Below, piece by piece: positions 7,547 through 16,169 of a stretch of DNA of 64,000 nucleotides; the first letter of the stretch is position 1; each line of letters begins with the position of its first letter. The notes under the pieces were generated by a model, which had not been told where the DNA came from, ran no database searches, and saw nothing but the letters and a program-made list of their open reading frames with translations. Source of the stretch: a virus. The stretch is from positions 1,098-65,097 of IMG/VR virus record IMGVR_UViG_3300002144_000089; one strand, written 5' to 3'. The translations under genes and the position numbers were made by a program.

Positions 7547-9315
7547 TATTCTACTACCTCTAAGTCATTTGCGTAACTTGTAAAACCGTTTTCTTTTACA
7601 ACACGTAGTACATGATTGACTCTTCCAATCAACTCATCTTTGTGTGAGATAAGATAGATATTTTTATTACGTTCACGAGCCATCTTTTTAAGGATACCTA
7701 AGCTATTCTCAACACCAGCTGTGTCCATGCCGCTGTCGATCAGCTCGTCAATAAACAACAAGTTAATATTTTGATATAAACTTTCCCACACGTCACGGAA
7801 TGCAAAGCTCAATCCTAAGATAAGTCTATTACGCTCGCCTCGACTCAAGTTATCAAAGTCTAAGTCTTGACCAAGCTGAGTAATTTCAACGTTCAAATCG
7901 TTTTGGAACACAACTTGATGTGGCAAACCAATCTTATCAAGATAATATGTAAGTCTGTTGTTAAGGTATGCTAGGTTTTGATCAATAATCTTTTTACGAA
8001 TGAAACTATCTTTGTTTGTAAGCAGCTTTAGTAAGAACTCTTGATGCTCTTTATAACTTGTAAGTTCGTTTACAACTCCCCAATCAACTTTTTGGATAGC
8101 AGTTTCGTTCAATTCGTTAATTTGTACAGCATATGGATCGTCGTCTTGTTGTTTGTTAACAAGAGTCTGCTTCAAATTGTCTACATTGCTTCTATGTTCG
8201 TATGCTTCTTTAGCATTTTCATAGAACGTAGTTGGTTTGCCGTTGATGTCACCGATTTCCTTCAGTGCAGCCATTACATTGACTACTTTGCCTGCAATTT
8301 CTGTTTGATAAGCTATTGCATCAGCAAGTTCTTTGTCTTTACGCTCTGCAATTTCTTCTTTTTTATCTGCATGAAGTGCTTGCCCACATGTATAACATGT
8401 TGCATCTTCTAGTTCTGTAATATCTTTAGTGACTTTTTCAACAGTCCTATCAGCACGTTGTAGAGCCGGCTCAAGTGTACCTAGTTCTTTCCTAAGAGCT
8501 AAGATAGCATTGTTGTGTTCGGTCCAGTTTGCTAACTTTTCGTGCGACTTTAGTTCAGCTTCAATGTCTAGCTTCTCTAATTCTTCAATAGCTGCTGCAA
8601 GTTTGTCTTGATCTTGTTTGTGTTTAGCCTGCCAAGCACGTTGAGTGCGCTTTAGTCCTTCAATACTTGCTTCAATCTTCTCATTAGCAGTTTGAATAGC
8701 ATTAATCTTTAGAGTTTCTTCAGTGATTGCATCTTTAGTCTGGCGTGTCTGTTCTTTAAGTGCGTCTGCCTTCTCTGAAAGGATAGTAATACCCAACAAC
8801 TGCTCAATAATAGCACGTTGGTCGTTAACTCTCATGCTCAAGAACGGTTCTGTGTAGGTATTCAGTGCAACAATGTGTTTAAACATGTCATGACTCATAC
8901 CCAACAGTGTATTTACATCGTCCTGTGTCTGTCTACTGTCGCCTTGCGACTCATCTACTAGTGTTTCTTGGTCATTAATGTAGAATTTAAAGATATTAGG
9001 ACTGCGACCGCGTTCAATACGATAGTTATTATTATCTTTTTCAAATTGTAGCGTAACTAACATGCCTTTGCTGTTAGTTTTGTTAATTAGGTTGTTTCTT
9101 TTGATGTTTGTAAGTGCTTGCCCGTACAATGCATAGCTAAGTGCGTTAATGATAGTAGTTTTACCTGTACCATTGCGACTTCCGCTATCATCTCCGCCTT
9201 GATCTAAGTTTTCACCTAGCACAAGTGTCAATTGCTCGTGATCAAAGTCTACAGCTTGGGTTTGATTTCCCACACTCATGAAGTTTTTTACGGTTAAATC
9301 CTTAATACGGATCAT
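7546..9315 (-). CDS. gp46: Recombination endonuclease ATPase subunit, Rad50/SbcC-like
   Basis: Walker A NGTGKTT, zinc hook CYTC, ABC signature LSRGE, Walker B LLFIDE, ISH switch, central coiled coil. Confidence 0.95.
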   Translation of the reverse strand: MIRIKDLTVKNFMSVGNQTQAVDFDHEQLTLVLGENLDQGGDDSGSRNGTGKTTIINALSYALYGQALTNIKRNNLINKTNSKGMLVTLQFEKDNNNYRIERGRSPNIFKFYINDQETLVDESQGDSRQTQDDVNTLLGMSHDMFKHIVALNTYTEPFLSMRVNDQRAIIEQLLGITILSEKADALKEQTRQTKDAITEETLKINAIQTANEKIEASIEGLKRTQRAWQAKHKQDQDKLAAAIEELEKLDIEAELKSHEKLANWTEHNNAILALRKELGTLEPALQRADRTVEKVTKDITELEDATCYTCGQALHADKKEEIAERKDKELADAIAYQTEIAGKVVNVMAALKEIGDINGKPTTFYENAKEAYEHRSNVDNLKQTLVNKQQDDDPYAVQINELNETAIQKVDWGVVNELTSYKEHQEFLLKLLTNKDSFIRKKIIDQNLAYLNNRLTYYLDKIGLPHQVVFQNDLNVEITQLGQDLDFDNLSRGERNRLILGLSFAFRDVWESLYQNINLLFIDELIDSGMDTAGVENSLGILKKMARERNKNIYLISHKDELIGRVNHVLRVVKENGFTSYANDLEVVE

Positions 9316-9870
9316 TTAAAATTCCTTGTAATTAATTTGCAACGGATCGATGCTTATTTCGTTTATACTAATATTTTTAGGCTGATCAATTATCCATTTG
9401 ACATAAAGAGCAGCATCACTAATTTTTAAACATCTTCTATCCGGATGTTTTTCTTGATTATTAGAAAGTGTTCCAAAACTAATGTATGTTATTTTTGGAT
9501 TACTGCTCCAAACCCCGCCTAATGCTAGTGTGTTGCTGTAATCGCGCAATGCTTTTTTTTCAGCATTATATAACCATGCCTTTCCGTTTTTAACTCTATC
9601 AGTAGTACTGCCTATAGTAATAATATGAGGGCGTCTTTTGTATTCAACGCATTTTTTATAGACTTTATCGAGTAAAACTGTTTGATTAAATTTCCAAAGA
9701 GCGCTATTGATAATAATAACAGGTTGTACAAGACACTCTTCGGCAAATCTATCTTGATCTTCGCTATTTGTTAAATCGTATCCAGTAGATCGGCTACAAA
9801 ATTTAGCATCAGGGTATAGATTATACAACTCTTTTGCTAGATTAGTAGTTTTATTACCGGTTATAATCAT
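9316..9870 (-). CDS. Short-chain dehydrogenase/reductase-like Rossmann protein (degenerate)
   Basis: N-terminal IITG, INSA, TIGS, YxxxK (YNAEK) and a C-terminal INEISI pattern typical of SDRs; the glycine motif is degenerate. Confidence 0.55.
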   Translation of the reverse strand: MIITGNKTTNLAKELYNLYPDAKFCSRSTGYDLTNSEDQDRFAEECLVQPVIIINSALWKFNQTVLLDKVYKKCVEYKRRPHIITIGSTTDRVKNGKAWLYNAEKKALRDYSNTLALGGVWSSNPKITYISFGTLSNNQEKHPDRRCLKISDAALYVKWIIDQPKNISINEISIDPLQINYKEF

Positions 9871-9871
9871 A

Positions 9872-10888
9872 TTAGTGCTCTAATCCGTTATAAATCTGTA
9901 GTAACAGGCTTTTATCAAAGTTTGTAGTGTCTAATTCTGCAATTTCGTTACTTACAATCTGATCTACACTTTCGAACTGTGCAATATCAAGCTCTGTACT
10001 CATTTCCTCTAGTTGTTTTTGTGGAATGAGTGTAATTTCACGACAGTTATACTGATTAATAAATGTTTCTTTAATAAAACTTGCTTCTTCATAGCTGATT
10101 GGTAGGTCAAGTGTTACACGAAGGTACATTTTACTCTTAATAAATGTGTCTGCGTTATCAATCAAGTGGCTAAGCGTTACAGTACGATACTTAGGGCAGT
10201 TTGGCCAGTTAATAAACTCTGGTTCTGCGTTATTTTCCTTATCAAGTATCATCATACCACGATCATCATCGCCTACGTCAGCATAATTGTGCGGAAATGC
10301 ATTACCAATGTAATGAATAGCACCTTGTTTTTGCCTTTTGTGGAAGTGTCCACTAAAAACATAGTCTTGATGCTTAAAATGCTCAGGTTTTAAGTCGCCG
10401 TGATCAGGCATACGGACTAAAGCGTTCATATAGAAGCTAGGAAGTTCAAAGTGTCCAAACAAATACTTTGTTTTGATACTACCCATCTTCTTCCATTCGT
10501 CTCCGACAAGCCACGGTACAAGTGCAACGTCATCTTCAATAAGAATTTCGTCAACAAACGTAATACCTGGGATGTGCTTTGCAAATGCAGTGCTATTAAC
10601 AGTGCGTTTGTCTTTATAATATAAATCATGGTTACCATCAAAGAAGTAAAACTTCTCAAATGCAGCACCTAGCTTCTCCATGCATCTAATTGTTGCATCC
10701 ATAGTGGTAAGATTAAGCGAATTTCTGTTATGATGCCAGTCTCCGCAGAAGATGCCGGTCTCGCAACCGTTGGCTTTTGCAGTTTCAATAAACCAGTCAA
10801 TAAATTCTTCGCAATCATCGTTATGAACACGACTATTGCCCTTCAAACCAAAATGGATGTCTGTAAACACCGCAGCTTTTTTAAACAA
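9872..10888 (-). CDS. gp47: Recombination endonuclease nuclease subunit, Mre11/SbcD-like
   Basis: Metallophosphoesterase motifs DIHFG, GDWHH, GNHD, GHFE, SGHFH. Confidence 0.95.
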   Translation of the reverse strand: MFKKAAVFTDIHFGLKGNSRVHNDDCEEFIDWFIETAKANGCETGIFCGDWHHNRNSLNLTTMDATIRCMEKLGAAFEKFYFFDGNHDLYYKDKRTVNSTAFAKHIPGITFVDEILIEDDVALVPWLVGDEWKKMGSIKTKYLFGHFELPSFYMNALVRMPDHGDLKPEHFKHQDYVFSGHFHKRQKQGAIHYIGNAFPHNYADVGDDDRGMMILDKENNAEPEFINWPNCPKYRTVTLSHLIDNADTFIKSKMYLRVTLDLPISYEEASFIKETFINQYNCREITLIPQKQLEEMSTELDIAQFESVDQIVSNEIAELDTTNFDKSLLLQIYNGLEH

Positions 10889-10915
10889 GATTAGTTCTCC
10901 ATATGTACTTGTTAA

Positions 10916-10944
10916 AGTATATAGTAAATGTTAACACTTGTCAA
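10916..10944 (-). promoter_or_regulatory. sigma70-type promoter TTGACA-17-TATACT for gp47-gp46
   Basis: -35 at 10944-10939, -10 at 10921-10916, 17-nt spacer, intergenic. Confidence 0.75.
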
Positions 10945-10948
10945 CCAC

Positions 10949-11794
10949 TTATTTGGTATCTGTGTATTGTGTCGGCGGCGCCTCTTCATTACGCTTAACA
11001 GCAGCTTCCCATTCACCTGCATTTTGTCTTGTATAGCTGGGATCCAAGTCGTTCATCTCAAGAATGTCATCTCGAATATTTTGATTACGTTTTTCTATGT
11101 TGATAACACGGACAAAACTATTAGTAACTGCTGCTGTATAATAAGCAAACGGATTATCTGACTTAGATTCGTCAAACTGCAAACCAATCTGTGCAAGTTG
11201 TAGTATTGCTTGACCTTTCATTTCGTCGTTATATGTATAACCACGTACATTGCCACGGGTTGCATAACGGTCAACAAGTTTTAACCACATCATAGCAAGT
11301 TTATTAGTAGCTTTGCCGTGATCTAAGCTAAAATTCCCGTTGTCCATTCCACCTTGCCAGTGACTTTTACCAACTAACACAATTTCACCTTCGTCAGTGT
11401 ATTTGTAATGTTGAAACGGCGGAAACGGAAGCTTAACTTTTGTATCAGCAACGGTTTTCGGGTTCTTTTTACGCCCGGGTTCTTCGGGGATGTGTTCAAA
11501 CGTCATTACACGAAAAATTAATTCTTCTTTTGTAATTTCTGTGTGTAACGTTTCGCATTCTGCTTGTTTAACTTTTTCGCCAAGCGCCTTTCGACGCTCG
11601 TATTCTGCAGAACTAAGTTTTTTTGCTTTATTTCGTTTTGCTTCAGCAATAGTAAGACGGTTAATTTTATCTACACTTGGTAGGATAATGTCATAGTCTG
11701 CATATGCAGGGTCTATATAGCTATTAAACGTATTTTTTGATCTATGTATTTCTTTAAGTATATCTTTATTGTTAAGGTAATTCTTAGGTCGCAT
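10949..11794 (-). CDS. gp55: Late transcription sigma factor, T4 gp55-like
   Basis: NYLNNKDIL N-terminus and RGNVRGYTYNDEMKGQAILQLAQIGLQFDESKSDNPFAYYTAAVTNSFVRVINIEKR core; located next to gp47 as in T4; TAAATA motifs precede structural genes. Confidence 0.85.
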   Translation of the reverse strand: MRPKNYLNNKDILKEIHRSKNTFNSYIDPAYADYDIILPSVDKINRLTIAEAKRNKAKKLSSAEYERRKALGEKVKQAECETLHTEITKEELIFRVMTFEHIPEEPGRKKNPKTVADTKVKLPFPPFQHYKYTDEGEIVLVGKSHWQGGMDNGNFSLDHGKATNKLAMMWLKLVDRYATRGNVRGYTYNDEMKGQAILQLAQIGLQFDESKSDNPFAYYTAAVTNSFVRVINIEKRNQNIRDDILEMNDLDPSYTRQNAGEWEAAVKRNEEAPPTQYTDTK

Positions 11795-11817
11795 GAGGTT
11801 CTCCTGTAGTTATATAC

Positions 11818-11846
11818 ATTATAATACACATACATAATTTTGTCAA
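11818..11846 (-). promoter_or_regulatory. Consensus sigma70 promoter TTGACA-17-TATAAT for gp55
   Basis: -35 at 11846-11841, -10 at 11823-11818; AGGAG RBS before the ATG at 11794. Confidence 0.85.
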
Positions 11847-11853
11847 CTAAATA
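11846..11853 (+). promoter_or_regulatory. Late promoter variant ACTAAATA for the baseplate operon
   Basis: Core TAAATA 24 nt upstream of the ATG at 11877; GGAG RBS. Confidence 0.55.
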
Positions 11854-11876
11854 GTAGTAGTGGAGACAAAATAATT

Positions 11877-12728
11877 ATGGCCTTTAAAATCAATTTTAAT
11901 GCAAGCAACTTTGTTAGTAGTATTGTATCTGATGCAAAGAGCGCTGTTAAAGGCGCAATTGGCAGTACTATTAATCAAAAACTAGGTAGTCTTGGACCGT
12001 TAGGAAAACTTGCTGCAAATTTTATTAATCAAACAGGTGGTTTTGGATCTTCAATTAATAACAGAACAATATCAAGAGCAGTAATTTCGTCTAACAACGC
12101 TGTTTCTGATGCAAGTGACTGGAGAGTTAGTATCAGTGTACCTGACGTTATCTTAGACAACGGTGACATATTAGCACCATTGAGAGAAGCTAGCGGGTCA
12201 AGTGCATTTAATACTGGAAATAGAATGATATTTCCATTTAACCCTACAGTGTTATTAAGTCACAGTGCAAGTTATTCTACGGTACATCCTACGCATACAA
12301 ATTATCAATATAATGCATATGAAAACAGTCAAGTAGACGCAATTACAGTCACAGGCGAATTTTATCAAGAAAATGAAAATGATGCAAAGTACTGGATTGC
12401 ATGTTTGCACTTTTTAAGAAGTGCAACTAAAATGTTTTATGGCAACAGTTATCCTTTAGGTAATCCTCCTGTGGTATGTAGACTAAACGGATACGGAAAA
12501 CATGTCATGAATAATATTCCTGTTGTAATAACTAATTTTACAACAGACTTACCGGTAGACGTTGACTATCTCCAATGTACAATTAATGGCCACGTAAACT
12601 ATGTTCCTACACAAAGTTCAATTACAGTCACGCTACAACCACAATACGCAAGACGTTCACAATCGGGCTTTAGCTTAAATGAATATGCAAGCGGCGGCCA
12701 TATTAATGGTAAAGAAGGATTTGTATAA
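11877..12728 (+). CDS. Baseplate tail-tube initiator/cap-like protein (gp48/gp54-like)
   Basis: MIFPFNPTV...YENSQVDAITVTGEF...NPPVVCRLNGYG tube-fold pattern; first gene of the baseplate block. Confidence 0.6.
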   Translation: MAFKINFNASNFVSSIVSDAKSAVKGAIGSTINQKLGSLGPLGKLAANFINQTGGFGSSINNRTISRAVISSNNAVSDASDWRVSISVPDVILDNGDILAPLREASGSSAFNTGNRMIFPFNPTVLLSHSASYSTVHPTHTNYQYNAYENSQVDAITVTGEFYQENENDAKYWIACLHFLRSATKMFYGNSYPLGNPPVVCRLNGYGKHVMNNIPVVITNFTTDLPVDVDYLQCTINGHVNYVPTQSSITVTLQPQYARRSQSGFSLNEYASGGHINGKEGFV

Positions 12729-13027
12729 TGGCTGATAATAATTTAAGTCCGTATGGAAGAACAGCAATTACTGCAAGTGGGTATTTAGATATTTTAAAAC
12801 CGCGACCAGTTCCTATAAACAGAGATGATATATTATTTGAAATAACTTCTGAATATACATATCGCCCCGATTTGCTTGCACATATCACTTACGGAAAACG
12901 AGAGCTATGGTGGGTATTTGCACAGCGTAATTTAGACATTCTTAAAGATCCTGTATTTGATTTTGTTGCAGGTACTAAAATTTATCTACCTGATCCGTCA
13001 GCTTTAAAAAATACCTTAGGAGTATAA
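12728..13027 (+). CDS. gp53: Baseplate wedge protein gp53-like (LysM-like)
   Basis: YRPDLLAHITYGKRELWWVFAQRN...GTKIYLP motif. Confidence 0.75.
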   Translation: MADNNLSPYGRTAITASGYLDILKPRPVPINRDDILFEITSEYTYRPDLLAHITYGKRELWWVFAQRNLDILKDPVFDFVAGTKIYLPDPSALKNTLGV

Positions 13028-13028
13028 T

Positions 13029-16000
13029 ATGGCATTTAATCTAAGTGCATCTCTTAAAAGTAATTTAACATCAGCAGTGAATACTATAAAGACGTCAGTT
13101 AGTACTGTCAGTCAAAATATTAGCACGGCGACTGGAGTAAGCACTCAGAAAATAAATTCAGCACTTCTAGGAGGAGCAATAGGCGGACTAGTAAACGGCG
13201 GCAGAGGTGCAGCTCTCGGAGCATTAGCAGGCGGCATTCTTGGCGGCGGCGGAGCAGGCGATTTACTAGGTCAAGTTAAAAATAAACTCGGCGGCCTAAT
13301 TAGTGCTGCTGAAGAATTGCAAGGGTTAGCTAACAATCCGTTAAAACTTGTAGAAAGGGGTATGGCCGATCTTGCAGGAATAACTGGCGAAGAATACGGA
13401 TTAGTACAATCTCAATATCGTGAACTAAATGAAAGAAGTGCATTTAGTGATTTTGTTGACAGCGGATATAAGTCGCCTTATGAAGGCGACGATACTTCGG
13501 CAAGCAGAATTCCAAACCCGTTAAGAAACCATAATAGTTTTAATTATGTAGTTTCTTTAGGAGTTCTTGATGCAGCAGAATATAACAATCCAGAATCATA
13601 CAGAAGTGCTGGCGGATTTAAAAATTACGTAATACAAAGCAGCGGTGGGAATCTAGACAAACGTTATCAAGTATTTGACGAAACTGGTAGCGGCAAATCA
13701 GAACACGCTGAATATTATATTGATGATCTTGAAATAGAAGCAGTTGTTTCTCCTAACCCTAATACTAGAGTAACAGCAGGAACTGCATTAACATTTAATG
13801 TAACCGAACCATACAGCATGGGTAATTTTATTCAAGCAATTATTGGAGCAGCAGCTACCGCTGGATACAAAAGTTATACTCAAGCGCCGTTTTGTTTGAA
13901 AATTGATTTTAAAGGATGGAATTTAGATGGATCTACTGATGCAAACTTTTTAACTCGTCCTATTTTTATTCCGATAAAATTTATCAATATGGACTTTAAT
14001 GTTTCTGGCACTGGAAGTACCTATGCAGTTAAAGCAGTTCCGATGAGCGAATCCGGCTTAGCTGACAATATCAATAAACTCAAAACATCAATTAAAGCAA
14101 CAGGTTTATTTCTTCATCAAGTACTTGAAACTAATGACGCATCGATAACATCAGCAATTAATGGTCAAATTCAAGGTTTAGAAGAAGCCGGTGCGCTTGC
14201 ACCATATGATAGATATATTATAGCATTTCCGAAAGATAGAGATACGCTTCAATCAGCATTACAAACAGGCAATATTGATGACACTGCATTTACTACTTCG
14301 CCCGAAGAGCGCGAAGAACAGCGTAGAGGAACAGTTGCAGCAAATCCGGAGTTACGCGGAATATATCAATCTCAATCTATTATTATTAAACCTCCGTCGC
14401 GAACATATTCTATACTCAAGTCGTTTGCTGAAAACACCAGTCTAATGAATGAGATTGGGTTAAGCACTCTTAATGAAGATACTAATGCCCCAGGAAATTC
14501 TAGCGAAGCAGACACTGCCGCAGCGACTAATCCTGAAACCGGACTAGTTGACACTGCTTCAAAAGCTGTACAGCCTGCAGATAAAGCAAGAGATTTTCAA
14601 TTTAATCAAAACGAAAACATTACTAGTATTATTGAAAAAATAGTAGTACAGTCTACATTTTGTGCTGAAAATTCAACTATTAAAGCTAAAAATGGATTAC
14701 ACAAATGGTTTAAAATTCATACACATGTTTTCATAGATGAAAGCCCGGTAACAGAAGCACAAATGGGTCGCCGTCCAAAAGTTTATGTATACAGTATTAT
14801 GCCTTATGAAGTGCCTGAAACAGTTACTATGGCAAGTAATGCTAGAGCAAGTAATATTCAGGGATTAAAGCGTGTTTCAGTTAAAGAATACAACTATATC
14901 TACACAGGTAAAAACGAAGATGTATTAAACTTTGATATTAACTTTAATAACGCATTTATGCTGACAGCTAATTCAGACTTCGGAATGACATCGGGCTCCC
15001 AAAGTGATCCTGACTCAAGCAAAGTTGCCACCTCACAAACAAACTCAGATTCGGGTGCAACACCTGCAGAACCATCAGATACTACAACTACTGATGATGC
15101 TGCTGGAGGAACACAAATGGATACTGGCCCAACGGGAGCGTCAGGTACTCATAGTAACGATGTACGCCGTCAAATTGCTGAGATGTTTCATGACAGAATT
15201 ACAAACATGACAGTAGATATGGTTACAGCTGAAATGGAAATAATGGGAGATCCTTATTATCTTCCGCAAGACAGTGGAAATTATGTATCAAAGCGAGTCG
15301 CAGGCAAACCGGGTATAACAGAAGACGGCACCATGCCGTATTCAACTGGTCCTGTTTTGGTTGATGTTAATTTTAGAACCCCGTTTGATTATCAGGTAGA
15401 CGGAGCAACAATGGAAATGCCATTAGCTGTTCCAGGGTTTAGCGGGTTATTCCAAGTATGGGCTGTTACTAACATGTTTTCGGGAGGCAAATTTACACAG
15501 CGTCTTAAAATGATGCGACTTAGAGGACAAGATGATAGAGCAAGTACCGGAAATACTAACTTTATTCAAGTCAATAATAATGCAGCAATGGCTAACACGA
15601 CCACGCAATCAGATGGCACAGTTGGCGCTAGTGGAATGACTAGTACTAATTGTATGCCAGGACCAGTAGCAGACGATATTCGAAATTTAATGCCAGCAGT
15701 TGGTGATGATGTAGCAGCAGCCCTTACTGCACAAGTTAGAGCAATTGAGTCTTCGCTTGCGACTGGCTTTGCAGGAATAGCAGATGTAGTTCCAACAATT
15801 GGAGCAGTACCTGATTTAACTAAAGTTATTCCGCGTATTGCATCAATAGCTGCTGGCGGCCTGATAGGAAATGCACTAGGCGGAAGATTAGGAGCGGTAG
15901 CAGGCGCAGCACTTGGGTCCCAATTAGGATCACCTGGCGGATTAAATAGTTTAACAGGATCTCTTACTAGTGGATTAAGCGGATTAGAAGGCGGGCTTAA

Positions 16001-16166
16001 TTCAGCATTTAACTCTTTAGGAGATCCAAATGCCCCGCCTTATACCGGCGACGATCCCATTATCAGAGCAAGATTAGGACTGCCGGCTGTAAATACTGCT
16101 GCTGCTCAAGGAATTGCAGCAACATCAGGCGCAGCAACGTCTAGAGTTAGAAATTTGTTAGGATAA
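13029..16166 (+). CDS. Baseplate hub protein (gp27-like) with Gly-rich terminal extensions, 1045 aa
   Basis: Position between gp53 and gp5; NPLRNHNSFNY, AEMEIMGDPYYL and FSGLFQVWAVTNMFSGGKFTQRLKMMR hub-type motifs. Confidence 0.6.
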   Translation: MAFNLSASLKSNLTSAVNTIKTSVSTVSQNISTATGVSTQKINSALLGGAIGGLVNGGRGAALGALAGGILGGGGAGDLLGQVKNKLGGLISAAEELQGLANNPLKLVERGMADLAGITGEEYGLVQSQYRELNERSAFSDFVDSGYKSPYEGDDTSASRIPNPLRNHNSFNYVVSLGVLDAAEYNNPESYRSAGGFKNYVIQSSGGNLDKRYQVFDETGSGKSEHAEYYIDDLEIEAVVSPNPNTRVTAGTALTFNVTEPYSMGNFIQAIIGAAATAGYKSYTQAPFCLKIDFKGWNLDGSTDANFLTRPIFIPIKFINMDFNVSGTGSTYAVKAVPMSESGLADNINKLKTSIKATGLFLHQVLETNDASITSAINGQIQGLEEAGALAPYDRYIIAFPKDRDTLQSALQTGNIDDTAFTTSPEEREEQRRGTVAANPELRGIYQSQSIIIKPPSRTYSILKSFAENTSLMNEIGLSTLNEDTNAPGNSSEADTAAATNPETGLVDTASKAVQPADKARDFQFNQNENITSIIEKIVVQSTFCAENSTIKAKNGLHKWFKIHTHVFIDESPVTEAQMGRRPKVYVYSIMPYEVPETVTMASNARASNIQGLKRVSVKEYNYIYTGKNEDVLNFDINFNNAFMLTANSDFGMTSGSQSDPDSSKVATSQTNSDSGATPAEPSDTTTTDDAAGGTQMDTGPTGASGTHSNDVRRQIAEMFHDRITNMTVDMVTAEMEIMGDPYYLPQDSGNYVSKRVAGKPGITEDGTMPYSTGPVLVDVNFRTPFDYQVDGATMEMPLAVPGFSGLFQVWAVTNMFSGGKFTQRLKMMRLRGQDDRASTGNTNFIQVNNNAAMANTTTQSDGTVGASGMTSTNCMPGPVADDIRNLMPAVGDDVAAALTAQVRAIESSLATGFAGIADVVPTIGAVPDLTKVIPRIASIAAGGLIGNALGGRLGAVAGAALGSQLGSPGGLNSLTGSLTSGLSGLEGGLNSAFNSLGDPNAPPYTGDDPIIRARLGLPAVNTAAAQGIAATSGAATSRVRNLLG

Positions 16167-16169
16167 CCT

